DNA of 64,000 nucleotides from Waterburya sp. (lineage in GTDB: Bacteria > Cyanobacteriota > Cyanobacteriia > Cyanobacteriales > Xenococcaceae). Below are positions 31,849 through 42,300 of this stretch, piece after piece. How positions within the stretch are numbered: the stretch's first letter is position 1; the number at the start of each line of letters is the position of its first letter. The DNA lies in NCBI GenBank assembly GCA_965217895.1, contig CBDCJV010000002.1:2240001-2304000 (forward strand). The letters are read 5' to 3'. A program made the position numbers and the translations under genes. A model generated the notes under the pieces. It did not search any database, was not told the origin of the DNA, and worked only from the letters and a program-made list of their open reading frames with translations.

Positions 31849-32607
31849 TTACTTCTGTCTAAAATTAATACTTTCCTGACGAGCCAAAGGTAGTTTGTAC
31901 CAAGGTAAATTAGGATACTGATGATGCTCCCAATGATACCCAAAATGATAACAAGCAATAAAAGACCAAAATGCTGAGTAATTATTACTTTTTGCTCTAT
32001 GGAGATCGCCTTTATCCTGTTGCCGATGAGGTAAAAATATTCCAAAGGTAAAAAGTTGTAAAGAGCTAAGCAAAATAGGGATTACCCAAAATAAAAAAAT
32101 ATTGCTTGGGGAAATATGCAAACTGATAAAAGTCCAATAAATAACTGTCATTCCAATCAGTAATATCCAGACTTGTTTTCTTTTTTGATATTCTTTCATA
32201 AAGCTGAAATACCAAACCAAAAAATTGTTAGAATCTGCCAAATAAAAATCAGGGTCTTTTTCAGTAGCAGGATAGAGATGATGTAATTGATGATTTTTGG
32301 CAAGAAGTTTATAGGGTAATAAGGCGTACAAAAAAGAAGTTGTGTAGCCAATTCCATTATTAACCTGGCGATTTTGAGAAATAATTCCGTGTATTGCTTC
32401 GTGGGTAGTAATAAATAATCCAGTATGCAAAAAAGATCTTAAAAGAACGCCAACAATAATCCATAGTGGAAAGACTGTAGTAGTATCTATTCTTAAAAAT
32501 CCAATCAAACTAACAAACCAAAGAAATATTGTTGTAAGTCCAACAATAATACTCGTTTGAGAATTAGACTCAATACAAGTTGTTTTTGATCCTAAAAATT
32601 TGTGCAT
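31849..32607 (-). CDS. crtW: Beta-carotene ketolase (fatty acid desaturase superfamily)
   Basis: HTGLFITTHEAIHG, HQLHH..DPDF, QLFTFGIFLPHR, CYHFGYHWEHH, PWYKLP. Confidence 0.8.
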   Translation of the reverse strand: MHKFLGSKTTCIESNSQTSIIVGLTTIFLWFVSLIGFLRIDTTTVFPLWIIVGVLLRSFLHTGLFITTHEAIHGIISQNRQVNNGIGYTTSFLYALLPYKLLAKNHQLHHLYPATEKDPDFYLADSNNFLVWYFSFMKEYQKRKQVWILLIGMTVIYWTFISLHISPSNIFLFWVIPILLSSLQLFTFGIFLPHRQQDKGDLHRAKSNNYSAFWSFIACYHFGYHWEHHQYPNLPWYKLPLARQESINFRQK

Positions 32608-32640
32608 AAACTATTTTTAAATTTAGTATTTTAATCACGA

Positions 32641-33312
32641 TTATATTTGTGTGGTAATATTTTTTGAGTTAGCTTCTTGTTGTTCTGGAGATGCTGCTAA
32701 CTTTTCCAACTGTTGTAGCAATAGAACTTTTTGTTCCTGTTCTTGAATAACTAAAGCTACTAAATGTATTGCCGATAAAGCGATCGCTATTACCGATAAA
32801 ATATAACTATGGATAGTGTAAAAATGAACAATTGTTGTAGTGTTAATGCCTCCTGTTCCTGTTAGGATATTCTTGATAGTTCCGCCAATTAAAGGAATGG
32901 CTGCAATAGTTCCCAGCTCTATTTTTAAACGCCAATAGCCTAATTGATTCCAGCTGAGAATCATCGCTGTCCAACCTAGTCCAATAACTGATAAAGTCAG
33001 CAGAATCCCGCTAATCCAGGCGGTCAACCAGCTACGTTGAAATTGTCTGCCAAAAAACATCACAATAATTTGCATTAGTGCTGCTGCTATAATTCCGTTA
33101 CCAGCTAAATTGTGTAGACTGTAGATTGCCCAACCATAAGGAATAGTTTCACTAATCTCGGCAAGAGATTGATGAGCGTCTCCCGCAGCAGGTTCGTAGT
33201 AAAAACTGATTAGAATACCCGATACGGCTGCAGTAATAGCTAAGATTAAAATTGCAATTGATAAAATTGTCGATGTTCGTCGCAGCACAAAATTGCGTCT
33301 AGAAAAATTCAT
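32641..33312 (-). CDS. Cytochrome b6-like (cytochrome b N-terminal domain) protein, divergent PetB paralogue
   Basis: YYEP..A, GW..SLH, TAWISG, LSWNQLGYW, IPLIG, FYTIHSYIL. Confidence 0.8.
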   Translation of the reverse strand: MNFSRRNFVLRRTSTILSIAILILAITAAVSGILISFYYEPAAGDAHQSLAEISETIPYGWAIYSLHNLAGNGIIAAALMQIIVMFFGRQFQRSWLTAWISGILLTLSVIGLGWTAMILSWNQLGYWRLKIELGTIAAIPLIGGTIKNILTGTGGINTTTIVHFYTIHSYILSVIAIALSAIHLVALVIQEQEQKVLLLQQLEKLAASPEQQEANSKNITTQI

Positions 33313-33537
33313 GGTTTAAGTTCGTAGATGAAGAGTAAAAAAGTAACTTTAGCTCGATTATGTTGATGTGTTTTATCAAGCTAAAAACTGCTATAGGTTT
33401 AAGCTTGGGAATTTTGCAAGTCGAGCAATGAATCAAAAAAGAGATTTCAGTTTATTAATAACCAAAAAACTTACTCTCTCTAATGATTTTCTAACTCTAA
33501 CAAAGCAAGAAAATGATAATTCCAAATTAATGATGAA

Positions 33538-33687
33538 TTACATAATACCAAGCTGTCCTAGAATGCCTTGACCTGTGACAATTTCAACAATTACAGCAGA
33601 CAAGAAACCGATCATCGCCAAGCGACCATTCCACAGTTCGGCAAATCTGGTAAATCCTAATTTTGGTTCTGGTGTTTGAGTTTGCAT
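33538..33687 (-). CDS. hli: High-light-inducible protein (HLIP/SCP), 49 aa; below the ORF-track size cut-off
   Basis: [49 protein letters not shown]; ExxNGRxAMxG motif. Confidence 0.93.
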   Translation of the reverse strand: MQTQTPEPKLGFTRFAELWNGRLAMIGFLSAVIVEIVTGQGILGQLGIM

Positions 33688-33723
33688 ATTTTGTTAACCT
33701 TTTTGAATTTTGTTTTGAGTACT

Positions 33724-33741
33724 TATACAAAACTTAACAAA
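33724..33741. promoter_or_regulatory. HLR1-like (RpaB) direct repeat upstream of hli
   Basis: TATACAAA-ac-TTAACAAA, one mismatch per half to (G/T)TTACA(T/A)(T/A). Confidence 0.45.
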
Positions 33742-33898
33742 CTGATTTTTGGCAAAACTCTATCACAAGTTATAAGATTGTTTTTTAGTGTTGCTAATTT
33801 AGTCAGAAAAAGGCAAAAAGTATCAAAAATAACAAAATATTATTGATTGGACTTGAATTATCTCTTCAATTCTTTACCAAAGCAACTTCTAACTAATT

Positions 33899-33946
33899 TG
33901 ACGAGCGGAAATGCTCTTGGTTAGAGAGCTTATCCCACGCTCGTGT
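33899..33946. repeat. GC-rich nested hairpin sharing its outer frame with the 42.7-kb insert
   Basis: ACGAGCG/CGCTCGT outer stem, GCTCT/AGAGC inner stem. Confidence 0.5.
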
Positions 33947-34145
33947 CGATCCGTCTACTGCTTAGTCAACTAAATTAATGATGGATAGACTGTTTCTCTG
34001 TGTCTCCCTGTCTCCCCGTCAACCCCAACCAATCATTTTGTAATTGACAGACTACTACTTAGGCGTTTATTATTTCCCACTTTTGAAAGATGAAAAATAA
34101 GCACTGCCAACTTACCCTTATGTGTAAGATTAGAAAATATAAAAG

Positions 34146-35081
34146 ATGTTTATACCTTTTGGTTTCAGCCAAAAATCTACTCAGACAAATTTGGGTTATA
34201 TAGTTTATTACACCAACGATCGCCCGCCTTGGAATGATACAGAAGTAAATTCTAGAGAAACTTTAATATTTTTACATGGTCTGGGCGGTGGTTCTTCGGC
34301 TTACGAGTGGTCAAAAGTTTATCCTGCCTTTGCCACCGAATATCGCATCCTTGCTCCCGATATGTTGGGTTGGGGTAGATCGGCACATCCCGAACGTAAC
34401 TATGAAGTAGAAGATTATGTTACATCTATTCAGAAGTTTATTGAACATACCTGTAGCGAACCTGTTACAGTAATTGCTTCAGCTCTTACAGCAGCCTTTA
34501 CGATTCGTGCTGCGATCGCTCGTCCCGAATTATTTAAATCTTTGATTTTGACTACCGCAGCAGGATTAAATGAGTTCGGCAAAGATTATCAAGATAACTT
34601 TTTTACTAAACTAGCTGCTACACCAATAATCGATCGCATACTTTATGGTACGGGAGTTGCGACCAGTTTTGGTATTCGGAGTTTTTTGGAACAACGGCAG
34701 TTTGCCAAGGGCGATCGAGTTTATCCTGAATTAATTGAAGCATATTTACAGTCAGCACAGCAGCCTAAGGCTGAGTATGCTGCACTGTCTTTTGTCAGAG
34801 GCGATCTTTGTTTCGATCTGACTCAGTATATTACTCAATTAACCATTCCTACGGCATTGATTTGGGGTCAGGCATCAGAATATACAGGACCAGAAGTAGG
34901 ACATCGTTTACAAGAAATGAATCCCCAAGCAATCCGCATTATGTATCAGTTGAACGATGTAGGCTTCACACCCCAGTTAGAACTTCCTAGCGTTACTGTG
35001 GGACTAATCCGTAAGTTTTTACCTCTACTCGAACCAGCCAACAGCAACGCTACCATAAACATAAATGAAGCAACAATATAA
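34146..35081 (+). CDS. Alpha/beta fold hydrolase
   Basis: FLHGLGGGSSAYEW, APDMLGWGRS, IWG. Confidence 0.85.
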   Translation: MFIPFGFSQKSTQTNLGYIVYYTNDRPPWNDTEVNSRETLIFLHGLGGGSSAYEWSKVYPAFATEYRILAPDMLGWGRSAHPERNYEVEDYVTSIQKFIEHTCSEPVTVIASALTAAFTIRAAIARPELFKSLILTTAAGLNEFGKDYQDNFFTKLAATPIIDRILYGTGVATSFGIRSFLEQRQFAKGDRVYPELIEAYLQSAQQPKAEYAALSFVRGDLCFDLTQYITQLTIPTALIWGQASEYTGPEVGHRLQEMNPQAIRIMYQLNDVGFTPQLELPSVTVGLIRKFLPLLEPANSNATININEATI

Positions 35082-35157
35082 GAGCAAAATCAAGCAATAT
35101 TTTTGACCTTTTTGGGAATCATAAGCATAATGCTTATCTATTTCTGTTTGTGTAGCT

Positions 35158-37080
35158 ATGGATCGAGAATTAATTATTCAAGCCTTGAAAAGTACCTGTG
35201 GCAATAAAAACTTTCGCTTTCAAGTCCTGGTGCAAAATTTCGAGCTACATATTTATGTCAATCATAAAACAGAAAAACATCCAGATTATTTACTTTTAAC
35301 CGATCTGATAACAAAGGTGACTGTTAGTTTACCTTTAGATGCTTATCAAGGTATGTGGTTATATAGCCGTAAATTGGGGGATATTGAACCAAAATGGCAG
35401 ACTTATATAAAATTTCCTTTAAAAAATAATCCAGATGACCTGGATACTGTAGCTAATTCTCCAGAAACAGCCAATTCTGAAGCGGGAGATATAAATCGGG
35501 TTTTAAACGCAGATATAGTTTATCAAGCTTCTTTACCAGAAGAGGTTAATACCTTTGCTCCTAAGTTCACAGAAACAACAGAGATAATTGACGACTTAGA
35601 AAGTTTAGTCGAGCTTAGCACTGGTAATACTGACTTGCTCGACAAGACAGGAATGATTCATAAAGCTGCTTTACCAGAAGAAGAGATCGATACTTTTCCT
35701 TATAGGCTGGTAGAAGAAACAGATACGACTGATTTAGACAAGATAAATCTGACCCAATATTGTTTTGTTACCAATCAAAAACTCCTCACTAGCGATATTC
35801 TTGCGCCAGACAAAGATACTGTCCGTTTGGTCAAGTTTTTTCACCATTTATCTGACAATAATAAGCAAAAGATTCTGCCAGCCTTAAATGGTTATTTTAA
35901 GCTAGCTAAAATTCCTGATACCGAAAAGCTATCCGTAGCATTACAAAACTGGCTCAAGCAAATAACCGAATTAGATGATGAACATCGTCGTGCAGCCGAA
36001 ATTTGGCTAAGTCGCTACTGTTTTGATCGCGATGCAACCTTAAATGAGTTTAAAACTGTGGCAGACAGAAATGCTGTCATTGCTGCCAAAAACAAGAAAA
36101 CTCAAAGCCATGTTGAGTATAGCTTTACTTCAGCAAATCCAGATTTTTCTAGTAGTGATGATTTTCATCAGCAAAAATTCAAACTTCCTCCCGTGATTAG
36201 GAAATTCTTTTTTCCTTTTGTTTGGACATTGGCTACCTTAATTTGCCTAATTCTGGGAATTTATACCACCAACTTGCAAACAACTTCTCAAGCTATTCCC
36301 TCTATTTGTAACAGCACCATAGGTTCACCTAATTACTGCCGTTTGGCAGTTAACTTGGCAGGAGAAAAAGCAATTAAGCAATTATCCTCTAGTATTTTTC
36401 CTCTCACAGAAATAACCGAAACTGCGGCTAATTATGGTTGTCAAAGATATGCCAATGTTAAAGCGGGAATTGCAGGTAATATCGATCCTCGCCAAACTCA
36501 TGTTATATCTAGCTATGGAGAGAAAATATTGCCTCGTGCTTATGTAGTTGAGGCTCAACAAAAAAATGTAGGGCAACCAGATAATGTTAGGGTGGGATGC
36601 GTATATGCTGCGGGACAAACAGAGCGATCGCCTAAACTATTAGCAGCAGACATTATTCCTAACAATTGGCCAACCGAACACTACCAACCACGAACTAAAC
36701 CTGGGTCTAATATTTCTTTTGGTTTCTATACCAATATTGTTAACTTGGGTTTGTACGCCATATTTTACGCCATTGGTATTGCGATCGCCTCTAAGCTAAA
36801 TTTAGGCATTAAAATCAATCATACTCGAACTATTTATCTTGTTGCTGTAATCCTAGCAATGGTGCAGTTGCTCCCAGGCAAGCTACCAGTATTTAACTTA
36901 ATTGCCAGTACCATGCTGCCAATTCTAGCTGTACTAAGTCTTGGCATAGTGATTAAAGATTTTAAGCTGGATCGTAACTACGGCTATCCTCTGGTAGCTG
37001 CGGGAATTTTAGTTATTGTAGCCGTGCAGTTTTTACTCTATGGTTTGTTTTTAAAATTGGTCAACGTTACACCGCCGTAA
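35158..37080 (+). CDS. Hypothetical membrane protein (640 aa)
   Basis: Long ORF with a central TM helix, Cys-containing middle domain and about four C-terminal TM helices. Confidence 0.8.
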   Translation: MDRELIIQALKSTCGNKNFRFQVLVQNFELHIYVNHKTEKHPDYLLLTDLITKVTVSLPLDAYQGMWLYSRKLGDIEPKWQTYIKFPLKNNPDDLDTVANSPETANSEAGDINRVLNADIVYQASLPEEVNTFAPKFTETTEIIDDLESLVELSTGNTDLLDKTGMIHKAALPEEEIDTFPYRLVEETDTTDLDKINLTQYCFVTNQKLLTSDILAPDKDTVRLVKFFHHLSDNNKQKILPALNGYFKLAKIPDTEKLSVALQNWLKQITELDDEHRRAAEIWLSRYCFDRDATLNEFKTVADRNAVIAAKNKKTQSHVEYSFTSANPDFSSSDDFHQQKFKLPPVIRKFFFPFVWTLATLICLILGIYTTNLQTTSQAIPSICNSTIGSPNYCRLAVNLAGEKAIKQLSSSIFPLTEITETAANYGCQRYANVKAGIAGNIDPRQTHVISSYGEKILPRAYVVEAQQKNVGQPDNVRVGCVYAAGQTERSPKLLAADIIPNNWPTEHYQPRTKPGSNISFGFYTNIVNLGLYAIFYAIGIAIASKLNLGIKINHTRTIYLVAVILAMVQLLPGKLPVFNLIASTMLPILAVLSLGIVIKDFKLDRNYGYPLVAAGILVIVAVQFLLYGLFLKLVNVTPP

Positions 37081-37168
37081 AAGCGGTCAGACCCCGCGTC
37101 GCCGTTAGGCGCAAGGGAATGCTGACCAAGACACGACGGTGCCTGCGTTGACCGCCTTCCGCGGTCAA
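37059..37168 (+). mobile_element. 104-nt composite hairpin insertion at a gene 3' end, carrying the 27-nt core
   Basis: GGTCAA direct repeats at 37059 and 37163; three hairpins; core at 37093-37119. Confidence 0.7.
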
Positions 37169-37229
37169 TTAACTAGTTTAATCCCAACTCATAGAGCGAT
37201 CGCCAAGCGAAGATTTAGTGCGTTGATAA

Positions 37230-38420
37230 TCATTTGTTTATTTGCAGAAATTGGTCAATTTTTGCTGCTGCTTGACGGAGAATTTCAAAATCTTTAACCA
37301 AGGCAAAGCGCACATATCCTTCTCCTGCTTGCCCAAAACCTGCACCAGGAGATGCTACCACGCCAGTTTGAGCTACTAATTTAGTACAGAAGTCAACAGA
37401 TTTGTTTTCCCAAGGATGGGGAAGTTTTGCCCAAACATACATAGTTGCTTCGGGTAATTCTACCTGCCAGCCAATGTCATTGAGAGCTTGAACAAAAACA
37501 TCTCGACGTTGTTGAAAGGTTTTGACAGTTTCGGTTATGGACTCTTGTGAACCAGATAAAGCTGCGATCGCACCATTGAGAATTCCCCTATATTGATTAA
37601 AATCGACAACGGCTTTGATTTGTCTTAAAGCCTGAATTAAAGAACTATTGCCAATGGCATAACCAATCCGAAATCCGCCCATATTATAGGATTTAGACAA
37701 GGTGAAAAATTCTATGCTGAGTTCTTTATCAGGATCGGCTTGCAGAATTGAAGGTGCAAAGGAATTAGTATCAGCAGAATCGGTAAATACCAAATCGACA
37801 TAGGGGAAATCGTGAACGAGAACTAGATTATGTTGACGACAAAAGCTAACTGCTTTTTCAAAAAAAGCTAGAGGTGCGATCGCTGCTGTGGGATTATGGG
37901 GATAACTTAGCACCATCATTTTTGATTTAGCTAACGTAGCAGCAGGAATATCTTCCAAAGCAGGCAAAAAATTATCGGTTGCCAATAATGGCATAGGGTA
38001 AATTTCGCCTCCAGCCAAATAGACTCCTCCAGCATGGGAAGGATAACCAGGATCTTGTAATAAAGCTATGTCCCCAGGGTTCAAAATTGCTAGAGGTAGA
38101 TGTGCAGTGCCTTCTTGAGAGCCAATCAAGGGTAGTACTTCAGTCTCAGGATCGACAGTCATACCAAATCGATTACTATACCAATTAGCTACCGCAACTC
38201 GAAAGTCTTTGGTGCCAGCATGAAGCAGATAGCCGTGGGTATGAGGATCTTTTAAAGAAGTTTCAATCACTTTGATTGTTGAGTCAGCTACAGGTAAATC
38301 TGATGAACCCAAGGATAAATCAATAATTTCTTTTCCAGAATTTTTAGCTTCAGTTTTGGCTCGATCCATATCAGCAAATACATTGCGAGCGAGATTTTGG
38401 AGGCGATTGGCAAATTGCAT
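37230..38420 (-). CDS. Class I/II PLP aminotransferase (LL-diaminopimelate aminotransferase-like)
   Basis: GSQEG, DPGYP, SYPHNPT, HDFPY, TLSKSYNMGGFRIGY, GEGYVRFAL. Confidence 0.9.
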   Translation of the reverse strand: MQFANRLQNLARNVFADMDRAKTEAKNSGKEIIDLSLGSSDLPVADSTIKVIETSLKDPHTHGYLLHAGTKDFRVAVANWYSNRFGMTVDPETEVLPLIGSQEGTAHLPLAILNPGDIALLQDPGYPSHAGGVYLAGGEIYPMPLLATDNFLPALEDIPAATLAKSKMMVLSYPHNPTAAIAPLAFFEKAVSFCRQHNLVLVHDFPYVDLVFTDSADTNSFAPSILQADPDKELSIEFFTLSKSYNMGGFRIGYAIGNSSLIQALRQIKAVVDFNQYRGILNGAIAALSGSQESITETVKTFQQRRDVFVQALNDIGWQVELPEATMYVWAKLPHPWENKSVDFCTKLVAQTGVVASPGAGFGQAGEGYVRFALVKDFEILRQAAAKIDQFLQINK

Positions 38421-38471
38421 TTGATCTCAAAATAAAATTTTAACTTATTTATCGATTTGCTATTTTTAAAA

Positions 38472-38502
38472 GCTTATAGCTTACAGCTTACAGCTTATAG
38501 CT
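38472..38502. repeat. Heptamer tandem repeat (GCTTAYA)n, STRR-like
   Basis: GCTTATAGCTTACAGCTTACAGCTTATAGCT. Confidence 0.7.
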
Positions 38503-38618
38503 ACGAACAACATCACTATTAAACTCATGCTTCAACTTAACAACGTCAATGTGGCAATTAAAAATTTCCTGAGATAAAATTGACCAGCTTTCTTCTTTAG
38601 CCGAATTCTTTAATATGC

Positions 38619-39962
38619 GTGAGTTCGATGAACACAAATTCTAATACTTCAACCCTGCCTTCAAAAGATAGTCTCAATTATCACAATTTAGACACTCAAT
38701 CTTTGACGATAACTCAACAAAATCAATTGGATCGGCCAACTCAACAGCAGAAAAAGTCAATTGCGCGGATTTATTCAGAACAAGCTTGGATGTATTTTCA
38801 GGAGCGAAATTGGCATAAAGCTATGATTGCTTGTAAAAATGCTTTAGAAATTGCTCCTGATACTGTAGATGCCTATAAAATTTTGGGCAACATCTTGCAA
38901 CGTCAGGGTAAACAAGCTGAAGCTTTGGGAGCATACGCTAAAGCACTAGCCTGTAATCCTAATTCAGCAGCTGTATACGCTAATTTGGGCAGTTTGTATG
39001 CCGAACAAAAAAATTGGCAGAATGCTTTAGATTACTTTCAACAGGCTGTAATTTTAGATCCTAATCTAGCTGGAGCATATCGCAGCCTGGCTCAAATTTG
39101 GGAGGAATTAGGGGATATAAACCAAGCCTTAGAATGTTTTTGTCAAGCCGTAAATTTAGAACCTGAAATCTTAACTGCCGAAGAATATTTTAATTTTGCC
39201 CAAGAACTATATCAGCAGGGAAGAATTAAAGAAGCAAGCGTTTTTTATATTCAGGGAGTCAAGCTAAATCCCCAGGCAAAACAAGAACTAATACAGCTAG
39301 TCAAGATTTTAGAAGAGCTAGAAGAATGGAAAAAAGCAGTATTTTACTATCATCAGTTAATTTCTTTAGCCAGTCCGAATAGCGATCGCCAAAGCTCAAT
39401 TAAAAAAGATAAGCCAATTAAAAATCTGCTGTCTCAGTCTAAATTTAAGGACAAACGCAGAAATGCTCCCCAGACTCATTTAATTCCGCCATCACCAAAA
39501 AGTGCTGTACCTCGATTAATGCCTAAAGCAGAAGCTAGTTCTTCAGCCTTGGCAGCTATCCCATCTAAAAACCCTTCATCAGAACAACATCCTGATTCTG
39601 CTGTTGCCTGGAATAATCTGGGTAGTTTGTATGCTCAAAAACAGCAGTGGGCAAAAGCAATTAGCTGTTATCAAGAAGCGTTACAGCTTGATGCTAAATA
39701 TAGTAAAAGCTATCGTAATTTGGCAAGAGTTTATCAAAAATTAGGAGAACAACAAAAAGCCACTCTTTATTGGTATCAAGCATTTACTTTAGAACCCGAT
39801 CGGGTTAAACCTGAAGAGTATTTTAGTTTGGCAAAGAATTTACTTAAACAAAGCCAAGTTGAAAAAGCGATCGCCTGTTTGCGTCGCACGATTGAACTTA
39901 AACCAAACTTCGATCAGGCTCGTTTAATTCTGGGTAAATTGCTCGAAAGCCAAGAAAAGTGA
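38619..39962 (+). CDS. Tetratricopeptide repeat protein
   Basis: Multiple TPR motifs (AYKILGNIL, YANLGSLY, AWNNLGSLY). Confidence 0.9.
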   Translation: MSSMNTNSNTSTLPSKDSLNYHNLDTQSLTITQQNQLDRPTQQQKKSIARIYSEQAWMYFQERNWHKAMIACKNALEIAPDTVDAYKILGNILQRQGKQAEALGAYAKALACNPNSAAVYANLGSLYAEQKNWQNALDYFQQAVILDPNLAGAYRSLAQIWEELGDINQALECFCQAVNLEPEILTAEEYFNFAQELYQQGRIKEASVFYIQGVKLNPQAKQELIQLVKILEELEEWKKAVFYYHQLISLASPNSDRQSSIKKDKPIKNLLSQSKFKDKRRNAPQTHLIPPSPKSAVPRLMPKAEASSSALAAIPSKNPSSEQHPDSAVAWNNLGSLYAQKQQWAKAISCYQEALQLDAKYSKSYRNLARVYQKLGEQQKATLYWYQAFTLEPDRVKPEEYFSLAKNLLKQSQVEKAIACLRRTIELKPNFDQARLILGKLLESQEK

Positions 39963-39976
39963 TTTTAGATTCTAGT

Positions 39977-40004
39977 GTAGGGGCGATTCACGAATCACCC
40001 CTGC
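39977..40004. repeat. GTAG-type REP-like palindrome between convergent genes
   Basis: GTAGGGGCGATTCACGAATCACCCCTGC. Confidence 0.7.
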
Positions 40005-40019
40005 TGGGCTGTTTGCTAT

Positions 40020-40784
40020 TTACTTGTCGAGTTGAGAACGTAACTCATCTAATTCTGCATCAATTACGGCATCTTGGGGTGCAGGTGTGTCGGCTGCTGG
40101 TGTCAATATTGGGGTTTCTACAGAAGTTCCAGACAATTGGGCTTTCATCGCTGCCAATTCATCGTCAACCCCACTACCAGCCTCTAAAGCTGCAAACTGT
40201 TGCTCTAGACCTGTTCCACCTAATGAAACTGCGGCTTCAGATTCTGCCTCTACCTGCATCACCTTTTCTTCCATGCGCTCAAATGCGCCCATTGCACTGC
40301 TAGTACCAATGTTGTTTACTGAGTCCTGTAGCTGCTTGTTGGCTTTGGCAGCATTTGCCCTTGCCTTGAGCATATCTTTTTTGGTTTTTGCCTCAGAAAT
40401 TTTGCTTTCTAGGGCAATTAGATTGCGTTTGAGGGTGCCAACAGTACCACTTTGCTGATCGAGCTGCGCTTTAAGAGTAGCAGCGGTGTCGGCAAAGGAT
40501 TTTTTGCGGACTAATGCCTCGCGAGCTAAATTCTCATCTCCTTTGGATAAAGCCAACTGCGCCCTTTGCTGCCAGCTATTAGCCTCTGACTGATTTTTAT
40601 TGTACTGTTGTTCGGTGCGTTTTTGAGTTGCGATCGCCCTGGCAACAGCTTGACGTAGCTGCACCAAATCTTCCTGCATATCAATTACTGCCTGTTCCAG
40701 CACCTTTTCTGGATCTTCAGCTTTGCTGACTAGATCGTTAATATTGGATCGAACAACTCTGCTAAGGCGATCAAATAATCCCAT
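40020..40784 (-). CDS. vipp1: PspA/IM30 family protein with C-terminal extension (Vipp1)
   Basis: MGLFDRLSRVVRSN, EDPEKVLEQ, AFERMEEKV, VDDELAAMKA plus tail VIDAELDELRSQL. Confidence 0.88.
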   Translation of the reverse strand: MGLFDRLSRVVRSNINDLVSKAEDPEKVLEQAVIDMQEDLVQLRQAVARAIATQKRTEQQYNKNQSEANSWQQRAQLALSKGDENLAREALVRKKSFADTAATLKAQLDQQSGTVGTLKRNLIALESKISEAKTKKDMLKARANAAKANKQLQDSVNNIGTSSAMGAFERMEEKVMQVEAESEAAVSLGGTGLEQQFAALEAGSGVDDELAAMKAQLSGTSVETPILTPAADTPAPQDAVIDAELDELRSQLDK

Positions 40785-41083
40785 GACTTTGTATATCCTT
40801 ATAATCGTTTACAAAAAAGTATAGGCTTGGTAGACTCCAGGATACTAAGTCCACCATCAACTATTTATTAAGAACGTGATTTTTCTTTTCACGTTTCTAG
40901 TGTGACATATTATTCTAGTGTACTGTCGATCTTCGAGAAAATGTACTATTGCCTGAAAAACAATAAATTTTGCAGGTTGAAATTGTCAAAAATGCAGCAC
41001 TTACCATAAACCTGTAATTTATTTGCAGTCTTATATATAATTCAAGGCAAAAAATTCAGCATTTAAAATGGTCAATTAGATTA

Positions 41084-42285
41084 ATGAATCAAAAATGCTA
41101 CGCAGTCTTAAAACGGGGTACTGAATATTGGAACAAGTGGAAGAAAAACAATCTGCAACAGCTCGATCTTAGAGGCATAAACTTAAGTGGAGAAGTTTTG
41201 CTCGGCATCAATTTAACAGGAGTTAATTTAGCAGGGGCGAACCTAGTCAAGACTAATTTTTGTGGTGCAAATTTAACTGGTGCAAACCTAACGGGTGCAA
41301 ACTTAAGTGGCGCAAGCATAAGTGGTGCTAATTTAACTGGTGCAAACCTGATCAAAACCAATTATAGAGGTGCAGAATTAGTTGGTTCTAACCTTAGCTT
41401 GGCAGACTTAAGTATAGCCAATTTTAGAGTGGTTAATTTTACGGCTGCCGATTTAACAGGAGTCAATTTTAGTCAAGCCGACATTGAAAGCGCAAATTTT
41501 GCGGAAGCCAACTTAACTAGGGCTAATTTTGAACTAGCGCAGCTTAGTCATAGTAGCTTCAAAAATGCTATTTAACTCAGGTTCGTTTTGATCGGGCTAA
41601 TTTGAGTCAGGCTGATTTAGAACAGGCTGATTTAAGTGAAGCCAGTTTAATCCGCGTCGATCTCAGACAGGCAAATTTAAAAGGTGCTAATTTAACTGAA
41701 GTTAACTTGAGTGCAGCTAATTTGAGTGAGGCAAATTTGAGCAAATCTGAACTAAATGATGCTTATCTAGCTGAAGCTAATCTATATGGGGCAAATTTAA
41801 CCCAGACCAATTTGCTTCAAACTAAAGCCTGGTTGACTAATTTCTCTGGTTGCATTTTGACAGGCGTATGTATTGATAATTTACAAATTAATCGCCAAAC
41901 ATCTTTTAAAAAGGTTATCTGCAAATATCTCTATCTAAAATATTATCAGCAGCAGCGTAAACCAGAAAATCCTGACCAATACCTAACTTCAGATGAATTT
42001 AATCTAATTCTTCAAGATTTGATTGCCTCGGTCAATATAGTATTGGATGCCGATATCAATTGGTCATTTCTGCTAAATACTGTTGAAGAATTACAGCGAG
42101 AGTATCAGGATAAGATTGAAATCAAGGCAGTTGAAGTTTTGACTAACCATCGATTTATGGTGAGAATGACATTCCCTGCTGATTCAGAAATTGAAGCAAT
42201 TAAAAAGTATTTTTTGCACAAATATAATTTAATTTCATTGTCTCAAAATAAGTTAATTGGCAAAAAAAATTCAAGAGTAATATAA
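41084..42285 (+). pseudogene. Pentapeptide repeat protein split by a single-base frameshift at ~41571
   Basis: ORF1 ends KNAI*; the -1 frame continues LTQVRFDRANLSQ in repeat register into ORF 41602-42285. Confidence 0.75.
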
Positions 42286-42300
42286 TTGCTATAAATAAAA

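Noticed and set aside
33963..34054. TAGTC...GACTA bounded segment as a MITE
   Set aside because: The inverted ends are too imperfect and there is no second copy in the window.
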